A stretch of 64,000 nucleotides of DNA, taken from assembly GCA_951406725.2 (NCBI GenBank), contig OX597827.1, positions 84,382,001 through 84,446,000 of the forward strand, in the 5' to 3' direction. Within the stretch, counting starts at the first letter, position 1; the number at the start of each line of letters is the position of its first letter. The notes under the pieces are model-generated. The model searched no databases. It saw nothing but the letters and a program-made list of their open reading frames with translations, and was not told the origin of the DNA. Below are positions 1 to 14,243 of this stretch, piece by piece. The position numbers and the translations under genes are program-made. The stretch is from Octopus vulgaris. Lineage: Eukaryota.

Positions 1-150
1 AGTTGAGGAGAGAGAGGCTGGTGAGGAAAAGTGTGAGAGAGTAAAGGGGTGGTGGGAGAAAGCGGAGAGAAGTGAAAGTAGCTGAGAAATAGACTCGTGG
101 AGTGCTTAGAAGAGTCTATTGTGTCACGTGGTACAATATATCATGACCGA

Positions 151-406
<256 letters not shown>

Positions 407-713
407 GCGTTATTTACCGTTGATGGGTGATTATTATTTAGTTTGCTCACATAAAGAAGTCTGCAAGTTTATTTTGCGGCCATATTAACCAGACTTGGAT
501 TTCAGAAGATGGAGAAAAAATACACATACATCATCTATAGACACATAGATAGATGTTCATTATCTATCTCATATATATATACATACACATGCATACATAC
601 ATACATACATACATACATACATACATACATAAATACATACAAACATGCATACATACATACATACATATATATATATATATAAGTATATATATATACACAC
701 GTATGGGCGCATA

Positions 714-747
<34 letters not shown>

Positions 748-1074
748 CACGCGCATGGGCATATATACATTTATTTATTTATTAACGCACACATATATAT
801 ATATACGACTACGCGGACACACATATATTTGTAGCTATATATATATTTATACTGATTCTATAGTTTTTCTACGACTTTATATTTATACAGTTTATAGATA
901 CATATATTTGCATTTATGTATCGACACACACAGACGTATGTATATATATATATATATATATGGGTGGGGGCTTAATCCATTTATATATGCATCTAACCCC
1001 ATCTTTGCATCCATTTTCAACCCTACACACATATTTACATATTAGCTTACACAATATATTTGCATTTTTATGTA

Positions 1075-1154
<80 letters not shown>

Positions 1155-2399
1155 CGTGCGTGTGTGTAAGAGCGATGAAAGTCAATCCCCCGCTTTTAGC
1201 GTGTGTATTCACATAGATCTCTGCAGAAAGCGACAGTGAGTGATTTGACCGCTGACATCTCTCAACTCTTGATTTACTGTCGCTTAAGGAACTTTAGCAA
1301 CGGGTGAAATTTGAGTCATTGATGCGTATATCCGAAGAAAAGCCAGCCACATTTCACTGACAACAACAACAACAACCAACTTCCTACATTCATATCTCCA
1401 CTGCTTTTCCATCGATGTTTTTCTTTGGGCAGCAAAAATTCATTAAAACGCTGCCGCCGAGTATCACAAGTGAATCGTTTAGTTTATTTGCCGAGATTGT
1501 TGAAGAATCCGGCTTTCAATGAGTGTTTCATGTTACAAACGTTGACTGGAGAACAACTTGGTGCAATGATAATGAGTTTTTCTGATAGGGTTTCGAGTTA
1601 ATAATGGAGAGATGTGGTTAAGACTTTCAGATAAGCTGATGCCAGTGAAATATGGTAATATATATGCATGAAGTTAGGAGAAGTTGATGAATCTGTCTTT
1701 TTAAATTATGGAAGATTTAGAAGATGGCGATGAAGCTGGTCTGATTACGTTGCTATTGAGTGGCTGTGTACACCAGACACGGTAATCAGAATGGGTTGCT
1801 TCTACCTTGAGGTGCCAATGTGACTACCACCACTCTCTTACATCTAACAGGAATGGTTCCTTAGTTCCTATGTCAGCCCTGGTTCAACAGACGTATGCAC
1901 TAAGGCACTCCAAACGTGACCATTCCAGATTTTATTCTTACATTGTGTATCTAGGATTACACAATGTCATATGCCTTTCCTTGTTTGACCCCAAATCAAT
2001 CCCGATCCAACAGAAATATGATTAAAAGTCTCCTAGCTGTGAAATATCCCATCTTTTACTCTGGCTTAGTCTATCTAGGACTACATAATCTGTGTCCTTC
2101 TTTTTCATAAAGATAGCAGATGTGATTTTCTTACTATTTCTAACAGATCAAGCAGTCGAATGAATGCTCTCTGTGAATTTATTGTTTGATTCCGCTCCCA
2201 CCAAGTCAGTCACGATCGAATAGACCTATGATAATAGGCGTGCCAACCATGACCCTCTTATACCATTGTCAAACCTGTCTTTTTAATGATGGTAGAATGA
2301 ATATGACGGAGTAGAGTTAACTATATCCAAAACCACCACCACACTGTCACTCTTTTGGAAGCCTTCAGTCCATTGAGGCGGCGGTGGTGGTGAGGGGTT

Positions 2400-4570
2400 G
2401 GGGTGAACATAAACCCCTCTTTCACTCCCACCCTTTAATCCAGGAGATCATTAAATCTGTTACTTTCCAACACATTCAAAATACACCCATCTCCTCACAA
2501 GTGAACCAATCATGAACTGTGTTACACACTTAGTCCGTGTGGGGAGACCACAGTGGGCAACAGTATTAAGGTGGGGTCAGGCAAATGTTGAGAGAGAAGG
2601 ATGAGGGTGTGAGCACCTCCAGACCAGAAAGTTCTCAGAATCCAGGAGCGCATCTTGCGGGCCAAGTCATCCTTGCTGTTTACGTGGAAACTCCAGTTTA
2701 TATTGTTATCAGTGACTACTCTAATGTCTCTGGTATCGTTGGATGTCATTAGGGAGTCACCCGAGGGAAGGGCATATGGTAGTTTCAGAGTATCCTCTTT
2801 TCCAAAATGGATCAAATTAGACTTATCTTCACTTAGAAGCATATTGTTCTTTTCCGCCCATTGGACAACAGTAAACAGATCCGACTGAAGGCATGTTCGG
2901 TCACCCATACAGTTTATGGCCTTCTGGAGCTTAGATTCATCGGCAAAGATTTTCATTGTACAGTGTTTGATGACGTCTATTATGTCGTTGATGTAGATAA
3001 TGAAGAGAAGCTGGCCCAACACAGTGTCTTGTGGGACACCACTACTCACTTTGGCTGAGCTGGATCGTATTCCCTGAAACACACCATGTTGGGTTCTGTT
3101 CGTCAGGAAACACTTTATCCACTGCAGCAGCTTTCCACGAACTCCAATATTGGACAGCTTCTTCGGCAGGATTTTGTGGTCCACTCTGCCAAATGCCTTG
3201 CTGAAATCAAGGTATATGACATCAGTGTTGGAGCCCTCTCCCAACACTTTTAAGATGTCGTCAAAATGGTGCAGAAGCTGTGATAAGCAATCCCTGCCTT
3301 CACGGAAACCATGGTGGTTGGGGTTCAGCAGATTGTTGCCTTCGAGGAAGTGGGTTACTCGCGATCTCACCACCCTCTCAAATACTTTAATGACATGAGC
3401 GGTGAGTGAAATCGGACGGTAGTTCGCTGCAAGAGATTTGTTTCCCTTTTTGAAAACTGGAGCGATAGACCGGGAAAGAAAATGATTAAGAATATAGCCT
3501 ACGTCAAGTGAGTTCCTCCAGAGCTGAGCTAGAGGGGGTCAATTTGATGTCGACTCATCTTCAGGGACCTACTGCCGAACTGTGTTTGATCTTATTTATT
3601 TCCGTTAGGGTATCAGGAGCACCAAAAGTTATGTCAGATATAGTTAGTTGAGGGTTTACATCACTGATACTAACCATATCAACCGCACTAGGGTTTCTGA
3701 AAAATGAGCGGTATTGTTCCTGCAGTATCTCGCACATGGATTTTGCATCCTCATGTAAAGTGTTCTCATCAAGCAGAGGTCCAATAGTGGAAACAGCGAC
3801 TTCATGTTTTTTGAAAATGAAAAGAACACTTTAGGATTGAGTTTTATTCTCTCAATGGCCCAATTCTCCTCTGCTACTCTTTGGTCATATTTTTTTGGAA
3901 GTTGTGTTTTTTTTTATTCGAGAGCTGCAATGGCAATCGAATGGATCCGTTGCTGCTGGCAGTATATAAGTTGGTTGATTTTCTTGTTAATTCTTTTTAT
4001 TTTTCTGATAATTGCTCTTCTATTTCTAGAATTTGTTTACTGATCTTAATGGGGGTATGTTTTGCGCATATATTTGTCACAGTATCTACAAATGTTTGCC
4101 ATGATGTGTTTATGTTTAAGGGTGTGTGTGTGTGTGTGAAGGCTCAATCAACTTGTGAAAGATCATGATTGATCGCATCCCAGTCTGCATTATGAAGATG
4201 GACTGGAGAGATGTCACTAGATTTGATCTTTGGATGGTAGAATCTCAGATCACACAGAATCATGTAATGGTCTGAGAGTAGTGGTGTTTTTTCACTGCAA
4301 TATTGTGAATAGTGTCAGTGTGGTTACTGAACACTAGGTTCGAGAACACGTTGGTTCAAGAAAAACTCATTCATGAAATCAAAAGGCAATTCGATTGCTT
4401 CCGTATCAGTGAGGGATGGCCTATAGAGCCCAACTACTATTAAACTGTTGGTTTTACTAAACACAGAAACTGTTTCACAGTAGCCTTTGATAAATACGTC
4501 CATTGCTTCAGCCGAAAAAGAATCGTGCACGAAAATGGCGGTTCCATTCAAGCTAACTCTTTGACCTGGA
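2400..4570 (-). mobile_element. Degenerate non-LTR retrotransposon ORF2 (APE endonuclease + reverse transcriptase), CR1/L2-like
   Basis: ORF 2522-3373 has RT motifs HHGFREGRDC, YLDFSKAF, SGVPQDTVLGQLLF and FADE (FADD variant). Upstream frames give NYRPISLT, LSDHY and VVGLYRPS (APE). Multiple stops and frameshifts. Confidence 0.92.
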
Positions 4571-4728
4571 GTAAATTGTAGAAACCCGTGAGGGGAAAAG
4601 AAACCCTATTGGTTAAATTTCGAAATCCCGTGATAGGGTTTTATCAAACTACTTCATTCTGTGAGTTTTATGTCGCAGAAGAAAAATGTTGTGGCTTGCC
4701 GCTCGCAGTCCCTGAACATCTCATGAGG

Positions 4729-4805
<77 letters not shown>

Positions 4806-4854
4806 TGCGTGTACACACACACACACACACACACACATTTATATATAAATACAC

Positions 4855-4980
4855 AACTAGCTTCTTTCCGTTTCCGTCTACCAAAGAGGTTTTGGACGGG
4901 CCGAAGATTTAGTAGAAGACATTTGTCCAAAGTGCCATGCAGTGGCACTGAGGCCGGAACCGTGTGGTTGGGAAGCAAGC
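4855..4980 (-). mobile_element. Partial SINE, family A
   Basis: Matches the copies at 31295-31459 and 27975-28135 (ttccgtctacc...gtgccatgcagtgg...gggaagcaagc). Confidence 0.75.
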
Positions 4981-5164
4981 CTCTAATCTATGTAGAGATA
5001 TGTACAGGAATTTCTCTTTGCGCAATTTTGTGTTAATTGTGCAAATTTTCCTTTCGCCATAAATATTCTCTTTTTCTCTTCGTCTTTATGTATGTTACGA
5101 TTCCGGTTGGGGGAACTCTGCATAGACCTCCCCACCTCTCTCCCTCCGTTTTTATCTCTCTGTC

Positions 5165-5400
<236 letters not shown>

Positions 5401-6243
5401 CACACTGTCCTCTAGTCATGTGATATGTCTGTAATTTCCCAACAATCGTATTGTATAACATAGACTGGACAGTGATGTAGGGCGGGTTGGGGTGGGGTGT
5501 GTACAGACTGGCTGGGAGTAGATTTCGTTAACAACACACACACACACACACACACGCACACACAAGCGAGTGTGTCTGTGTATTGTGTGTATATGCATAT
5601 TTGTTATATGAAAATGTATGTATATTTGTTTGTGTGTTTCTGAAGAGACGATGACTATATTGTTGATGACTGTGATGATGATGATGGTGATGACACGTTA
5701 TCATCCAGTCACACAGACACACGCTTACGTACACATACACTCACTCACACATGTACACTCAGGTACACATTCATACACACGCTTACGCGTACGTACACAC
5801 ACATGCGTGCGCACACACTCACGCACACACACACACACACACACATTCACGAAAACGCGCACACGCGCGCACGCACACACACACACGCGCGCACGCACAC
5901 ACACACGCGCGCGCGCACGCACACACACACACAGCTAGAAAGAAATGAGCCACTGAGGGTGCCTCTAAGTGGTCGATCAACCTGCAGATAATAACAGCCA
6001 ATGCGCCCTCAAATTATTCCCTTGATCTCCAGAAACGGATGTCAAAATGTATAAAGCATCCGATGTTGAATAAAACACCAGAATTTCCCTGAAATTTGAA
6101 CCTTACATTTATAGGACAAAAGGAAGAACACATTGAATAAGGTACTCCTAGATACACTCTGCCTGAATGACAGATGGGATGGTCACAACTTGGATATCTT
6201 TTATATCATGTCCACTCAAACACTGCTAATGTTGTTTTAGATG

Positions 6244-6289
<46 letters not shown>

Positions 6290-7827
6290 TAGCAACACAC
6301 GCACGCACGCACGCACATATCCTTTAATGACGATCCTCTCAACAAACGACTGCCATGACTTGCAAGCGGTTTCGTCATGGTTCTTCATTTTAACTAAAAT
6401 CCGGAAGTCCTGCGAGCAAAGCCTTTCGGGAAAGTCCGTTTTTTTTTTATATTTGAAGAAAAATTTATTCCTCAGAGTTATTGTTTTGCTTGTAAGTTTG
6501 GACGTCCAGTTAAAAACACCCAAAGTTTTCAAAATTTTCGAAAATGAAGACGGTTACTCGCATGAATGCGTCCATACTTTGCAAAGTCAGATAAACTTTT
6601 CACCCAAGCAGATTTCTGCCCTCCCCACCAACGACTGAAAGAATCATGCTACGGCAGTTGCGGGGTGGGCAGTGAGTCTCGAAACCTCGTCTTCTGAATA
6701 CCTTTTCAGTTCTGTTATTCCTATTCTGCATATACCCTAGCTGCCTCATTAATGTGTAGCGTATCTACATAATCACTTCCCTTGCTAGAAATAGCAGTTC
6801 AGTCTCCCTCAAACTGCACGATGCCGTATGATGAAATAGTTTATTTGATAAAGTTGTGTGCGATAGATTATTGCAGAAGATAAGATAGGATAGTCATGAC
6901 TGGAATGGAATTTGATGAGAGCTCTGATCTGTTAGGGATGAGCGGCGGCTAAGCAAGGACACAACAACCAACAACGGATTTTAATCACCCTGCACACATA
7001 AGATCCTGCATACATGCACAAATATGTGTGTGTGTGTGTGTGTGTGCGCGAGAGGGAGGGAGGGAGAGAGAGAGAGAGAGAGAGTTTCTGTACACTTTCT
7101 ATCAATCAAACTTCAGATCTAAGGTGTTGGACAACCCGAAGCCAAAGTAGAAGACACTTAAGTGAAGTCGAACGAAAGGGGATCGAACCTTGAATCACAC
7201 TGTTACAAAGCAAGCTTCTTAACCACCCAAACATGTGTGTGTGTGTGTGTGTGTCTGTGCAACTATAGACGACATACTTACTTATATACATGTGCACACA
7301 CACACACACACACACACGAAGGAACGGATAGCTTTGAGATGATATATATGATACAGGTTTAATTCCAGATGAATATATCTGGAACGAGAGAAAGAAAGAA
7401 AGAGCCAAACGTGATGATGGCGACTGTCAGAATAGTGGTGGTGGTGGTGGTGGTGAATCTTTTCCTCAAAACCAGAAATTCTTTCTATTGGCTGCTTCAA
7501 GTGGTTCACATCAAATACTTCCATTTATTCCATCAATACTTGTTAATTTATTGATCTTTAATTTCCTTTTTTTTTTACTTTGTTTTACAATGGTTTAAAC
7601 TTTGCTATTGTTAATGATCTGACTTTTGTAGTCTCCCCTTGGCGCTATTGTAATACTTGTAGTAGTAGTAGTGGTAGTAGTAGTAGTAGTAGTAGTAGTT
7701 GTAGTAGAATACTTTCAATTTCTTTCCTTTTCTGGCTGTGCCACTTACATCACCAACAATTTCACCAATAATTCACACAATCGGGCTTTTTCCCACATAG
7801 TCAGAAAATACACACACACACACTTAA

Positions 7828-7958
<131 letters not shown>

Positions 7959-8201
7959 ATTGAGGTAATCAGATCAGATGGTTCATATTTGTAGATATTT
8001 ATTTATATATTACATTTTTTACATATATATCATATCATATCATTCGGATTTCGGATTAGCGCTTGCTCCCATTCTAGTGGGCTTTTCAAATATATATATG
8101 TATATATATATATGTATATATATGTATGTATATATATATATATGTTAGTTACTGCACGCATTTTTTTCTCTCCTTCTTTCTGTGTTTTTTTTCTCTGTGT
8201 A

Positions 8202-8239
8202 TCTTTCTGTTGAAGAGCGTAGGCTCGAAACGTAAAAGA
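8202..8239 (+). ncRNA. Variant minimal hammerhead-ribozyme-like motif
   Basis: TCTTT-CTGTTGA-A-GAGC(GTAG)GCTC-GAAAC-GTA-AAAGA. Stems I and II pair; the core has A6->U and stem III is reduced to an ACGT palindrome. Confidence 0.5.
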
Positions 8240-8759
8240 CTTGTTTTATTTATATTTCCTGAGCGCCATACTAATACAATTGTTTGTTTGTTTTCCACCT
8301 GCCTTCGTCTTTTGTCTATTTTCATAAAGCTTCCCGTTATATATATATGCCTTCCCATGTGCGCGCTTATTTCTGTCATTTGTCCAGAAGTCAGAAAAGA
8401 GATAATTCTAAAAGAATTTTTGAGCGGTTATACTTTTATATATTCGAGTAGTATATACTTCATGAATCCATATAATCGGTCAGGAAAGTATCGTTGGTTT
8501 TGCGTCTGCTATTACACAGGGCAATATCGATGACTCATCAGACTTGCTGGCCGGAGTCACAGCCTCCTTACTGATGGAGCTAAACTTACTGTCTTGGTCA
8601 GTTTGGCGATGAAAAGAACCGAAACGATTAAAGATCTTCTTCTGAGATAGAAAGAAGAGTTGTCTCCTCTTAGTACAGTCCTAGTTGTGGCTGAAGTGCG
8701 TCAGCTGTGTCTGCGTACGTTTTTTCCATTCTCTGCTTCACAAACGGGAGAAGGCAGCT

Positions 8760-9600
8760 AAAAATTTCACTTTCTGAATTCAAGAAGGCGTCCGGATCGT
8801 GCGAATTTTTTTTAGGATCGGTCTCCTCTCAGCTAAGCAAAGTTTGCACCGTCTGCTTCCGTTGAGGTATATCCCAGGTTGTTCCAGCAGCTCCCTGTTA
8901 ATTTTATATGGTGTTTCCCCTGCTTTTAATCGCTATACATAGCGATTTGTATGGCGGAACATTAAAGTTGTAACGTTGCACCTGCTCGCTATCCGAAAAG
9001 AGGATCTGGTTATTTAGCCTGGCCTTAAATGGGCTCTCTGTTGCTGCAGCATATTACTGTGCCTGTTCCTTTCACTGCGGCTGCGTATGTTGGACACTAT
9101 CCGTGCTTCGCAGAGCACGGCCTCAACGTTGCATCAATCATTCACAGGGCATTCAGCGTTAACCCTATATCAGCAACCTGCCTCTACGCGGGTTTGGAGT
9201 CTTTCTGAACGATATCCTTATATCTTTTGAATAACCTATACATACGTATGGGGCTGTGTAAAATGCTTGTCTACTAATCTAAGGAAGGTTGCTTGCACGT
9301 CAAAACCTGCGTTGTGAGGGTCTATATACATCCTCTAAAAGGCACAAAACAGTCTTCTGCTAGTTGTACAATTACAAGAAATAAGCGCGCACATGGGAAG
9401 GCAACCTCACCCAATCCAGATGGTATAAACATTTCTGAGGGCTGGCATAAATGGTCTGAGGTAGCTAAGAGTTCCGTGGGAAAACGGATGTGAGCAGGAT
9501 TTCGAGAAGAAAGCCACCAATTACAAAGTTACCAAACAAGCCAGCGAAAAAAAGGGTTAGAAGGTTTGGGTATTTTCGGTTAAAATTGATTGCAGGGGTT
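8760..9600 (-). mobile_element. Highly degenerate Penelope-like element relic (post-RT region and GIY-YIG C-terminus)
   Basis: Minus-strand translations ...IGGFLLEILLTSVFPRNS and YKINRELLEQPGIYLNGSRRCKLCLAERR resemble the PLE motifs IG..FL.L...FP.N and C.LC..EK. Confidence 0.55.
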
Positions 9601-10785
9601 TCCCGGAGGATGTTGGTTCTATCAGCAGCAGAAAGTGAGAGGAAAACAGCTAGACGCAGGTGGAGGGTCGGGTGAAAGGAGCATGTTGCTGGTTTTGGAA
9701 CAAGCAGAAGTTGAACTGGAAACCAAGAGACAGTGGGCAGAGACTGGCTTTCACTGCTGACCCGTTGATGGAGGATGATGTTGTTTAGGAAAGAAATACA
9801 CAAGAAAAGCTGGTCACGCCCTGACGACCACGACAACAACAACAACGACTTTTTCTCCTGGTCAAAAACCACAGCCATAAGTGATTGAATCTGTTGGCAA
9901 CTCTGTGTGTGTGTGTGTGTGCGTATATATGTATGTGAGTATGCGTGTGTACATACACATGCACAATTAGTTACATTCATTCACAGAGCGTCGATATGTC
10001 TATTGCTATAGAGATGACGAACAAGAAGTCGTTCGAGGGGAAGAGGTGCAAGTGAGAGGAGTGAATAGTCACACACACTCACACATACACATATAGACAT
10101 TTGTTTTGAATGCTGTTAGTGGTGGGATTATTTGCCGACACAAAACGAATTGTGTTGTTCCTACAACTGTATCTCTGCACAACCCCTTTAGGTCGATGTT
10201 CGTTAGCCTTGGAAGCAGATTCCCTTCTCACCTTTACACCTCGTATAGCAATTCTATTTAACAAAATGTAAACATCTGCACAATTGATTCCATATATGGT
10301 GTTCCTATCACGTGGTTTGTTTCAGATGTGTGGCTTCATGCGTTATTCCAGGATTCTGTCACAGGAACAGAATCATACAAGAGCATCGTCAAACATTAAA
10401 TTTGTTTTGTTTTTCTTCCACAAAATATACATCGAAAATAGGGATGACAAATGTGCGCCGGTAAATATGGGATGTATGATATAATAGAAGACATCTGGTG
10501 ATCTGTGTCAGCAAAACATGTATTAATTAGACAAAACTACAAAAAATTACAGCGAAATTTCCGTGGAGAATGGAGTGTCCGATGTTTCGGACTGTTTTTC
10601 TTCAGTTTCTCAAAAATGGTGTCTGTAAAACCATACTCATTTCTTTTATTTCCCTGCTGCTATCATTACTCTGAAGGGACCACCCTCCGAAATACCGACT
10701 GTTCTACTCCCCACAACGAGTTCACTGGACTCTGTACTCTTTTAGTTGCTTTTCCACGCATGCACACACACACACACACATGCAA

Positions 10786-10850
<65 letters not shown>

Positions 10851-10926
10851 AATAAGAAAATGGAAGAACAAATTCATTTCGATCATCAACTTACAGATAT
10901 TACAATTTCATATTATTTATTAATTA

Positions 10927-12217
10927 CGAGGGGCGTTCAATAAGTAATGCCCCTGACCCACTTCCCATAGCAGTAGAGCAACGAAACTTTGTACAGTTAT
11001 TAGTCTTTCTCTACATAGGAACCATCCAGAGTTACGCATTTCTACCAACGTTTGATGCAGCTCTGGAGACCGTTTTTTTTAGAAGACCCAGCTTGGTCCT
11101 CCAACCACGACGTGACTTCAGAAATCAAGGCTGCATCATCTGGGAAACGCTTTCCTTTCAAAAACAACTTCATGGCTGGGAAGAGGTGAAAATCAGAGGG
11201 TGCAAGGTCAGGAGAGTAGGGGGATGGGGGAGGAGTTCATAGCCGCACGCCTGTGCTTCTGATCTGGCGACAAGCGAGTTGTGGACCGGAGCGTTGTCCT
11301 GCAGGAGGAGGATGTCTTTGCTGATCTTGCCCCGCCTCTTGATTTTGATAGTTTCTCTTAATTTCCTCAAAAGTAAAGCATAATAGGCTCCTGTAATTGT
11401 GGTACCCTTTGCCAGGAAATCTGTTATCAATACTCCGTCCTGGTCCCAGAAGACTGTGAGCATGACCTTGCCAGCGGAGGGCTGCACCCTTGCCTCTTTG
11501 AAGGAGATGAGTCACGGTGCTTCCACTGCATTGACTGGGCTTTGGTCTCTGGATCATAGTGATGGACCCAGGTTTCATCCTGTGTAATCAGTCTTTTGAA
11601 AAATTTTGACTCATCTTCTTGGCACATCTCCAAATTCATCCTCGAGCACTCGACGCGTTCTTGCTTCTGGAAAGGTGTGAGCAGCCTGGGAATCCATCTG
11701 GCAGACACCTTTTGCATATGCAAATGGTCATGAATGATAGTTTCCACAGACCTGGTACTAATCTTGACCTCGAGGGCTATTTGGCGAATAGTTATGCGTC
11801 GATCTTCCAAAATGGCAGCCTCAACTTGACGGACAGATGCCTCATCAATTGCAGAAGGGGGGCGACCAGATCTGGGAGCTGTTTCCACCGAGTTCCGACC
11901 ATGTTTGAATTCACGATGCCAGCATTTTACAAAGTCATATGATGGGGCATCATTACCATGAGTTACTTTCATTTCATCAAAAGTCTCCCGTGGTGTGCGT
12001 CCTTTCAAATACAAAAACCAGATCAATGCTCGACACTCAACAGGCTCCATTTCACACTTGACTCAGTTCAAACACCTGTAAATCAGAAACCACAATTAGT
12101 TCAGAGCTGTAATTTGCCACCTACTCTATAGAGATATAAATAATTTCACACGCAAAATTTCAGCTAGATCAAACAACTGCAAGTGGGTCAGGGGCATTAC
12201 TTATTGAACGTCCCTCG
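10927..12217 (-). mobile_element. Full-length mariner-like DNA transposon (DD34D), 1291 bp
   Basis: 37-bp TIRs CGAGGG(G/A)CGTTCAATAAGTAATGCCCCTGACCCACTT at 10927-10963 and 12181-12217 with 1 mismatch; TA target duplication at 10925-10926 and 12218-12219. Confidence 0.97.
11000..12050 (-). pseudogene. Mariner transposase pseudogene
   Basis: Motifs WIPRLL, TQDETW, SAGKVMLTVFWD, LLQDNAPVH and DLAPSDFHLF. Two frameshifts (about 11490 and 11222) and a late premature TAG (about 11043). D-to-D spacing is 104 nt, i.e. D34D minus 1 nt. Confidence 0.93.
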
Positions 12218-12414
12218 TATATAGATAGGAACATGAAAATCGAACAAAACAATATACATTAATATGCAAATTAATAAAACAATAAAAATAATGCAAATAA
12301 ACTGCTCCTTACAGCTGTTTCAGCCTATGGTTAATAGGCAATCCACCTTAAATTGCTCATACATGCCAAACTGATATCCCATAGTGGGTTACCTCATAAC
12401 CCCTATCTTACTTT

Positions 12415-12455
<41 letters not shown>

Positions 12456-12579
12456 ATATCTTTGTATATACAATGATGGAACACATTTGAAACATATGTA
12501 ACTACGTAACTACGACTCGAACAAGCATCATTGTAAATTACAAGTGAAATGTGCTCCGACTATGAAACACCCTACATAC

Positions 12580-12643
<64 letters not shown>

Positions 12644-14243
12644 GTATGTATGTGTGTATTTGTGTATGTATGTACATGTGTATATCTGTCTCTGAGGTAT
12701 GTGTGTGTTTGTTTGTATGTGTGTGTGTGTGTGTGTGTGTGTCTGTGTGTGAGTGTTGTATTGACTTAAATACACTTCTATATGTGTGAAGATATTGGTT
12801 TCGTGTGAAATACGAACTCTGTATTCAACTGATAAGAGAGAGAGGGAAAAAGAGCGAGTGAAAGAGTAAGGGAGTGAGCGAATGTATGTGTGTGTGTGTG
12901 TGTGTGTGTGCGTGTGTATGTGTGAGAGAGAGAGAGAAAGAGAAATGTGTGAATGCTGCGATTCTGTTCACCTGATGTATTACATCACAGTCTGCAACTG
13001 AAGACACCATTCTTCACAATGTTCACAAGGAATGTTGACCAAATCGACGTCTCAAATGGACATCTGTGACTCATTATCATCACTTCTTCACTTTCTCATA
13101 TATCTATTTCTCCGTCTGTTTGTCCCTCTTCTTATCTGTCATTCTCTCTCTCTCTTCCTCTCTTTCTCTCCTTATTTTAACTCAACACTTGATTGTTTTC
13201 TATCAAACTCGATTCATGTTTCTAGTCCGCAGCAGTTGTCTGCCCTTTGTTGAGTTAAGGTGTCCAATTGTGGCGCTGCCATTTATAACAACGACGCATG
13301 TTGAGCACGTGACGATGGATAGTTCTTATTGACATTAAACATAAGACTACAAACAATCTCACACATTCATACATAGATACATATACACACATATACACAT
13401 GCATAAGCGTACATACGTATACACACATCCATCCGTCAATATAAGCATACACACACTAATTTCTGCATGTAAACACACTCTTATACAAACATACACCTCT
13501 GCCCCCATAAACACACACACATACTCTTTTTCTCTCACACCAACATTTATGTCGATCTAACGGGGGCAGTGGACATGGCCGGGTGGTCAGCACCGTATAC
13601 CCCCACCCGCTCTTTGCTACCCCAGTGAGTGTCACATTGTGAAACCGTCTTCTTGAATCGCTGGTGACCGGAAGTTGAGTGGACGACATTTACGGTGGTG
13701 GCGACGGCTGATATCGCTGTGTCCTAGACTTCCTCCGTCACCCATTTTAACATCGTTGCTTGGTCCGTAACCCTATTTAATGGTGGTAGTGGTGGGGTCA
13801 CTCTGTTGCAATACTTCAGGCCAGGTCTTTGGTCAAGGGATACCTTCCAATCCCCTCTCCCGCTCCCACCAACCATGGCAGGTCTGAAAGGGTTGTGGAT
13901 GCTCTCCTTCCTCTTCTGGCTCATCATTAATAAATAAGTTAGTCAGCTTTGATTTAAGATATTCCTGCCGTGACCATTCCATCTGTTTCCTTTTAATTGT
14001 AACTTACTCCGATTGACATTATCTAATGAGGGTGTGGTTTAAAGAAGATTTAGCTGCTGTTTCATGCCTGGACATTATTAAGCTAAATCAGGGGGATATT
14101 CAAGGTGGATGCTTTCTGCAACATCCTTTCAAAATAAAACTTCATAGAATTTGTTTTCTACAAATGGCACATTTTCTAACAGCCCTCTTAACATTTAAAC
14201 CCCTTACCAAACCCTTTATCAATCCTCCTACCTCTCTCTTTCT

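Noticed and set aside
10572-10610. Minus-strand CTGAAGA...GAAAC hammerhead candidate
   Set aside because: Stems I and II do not pair
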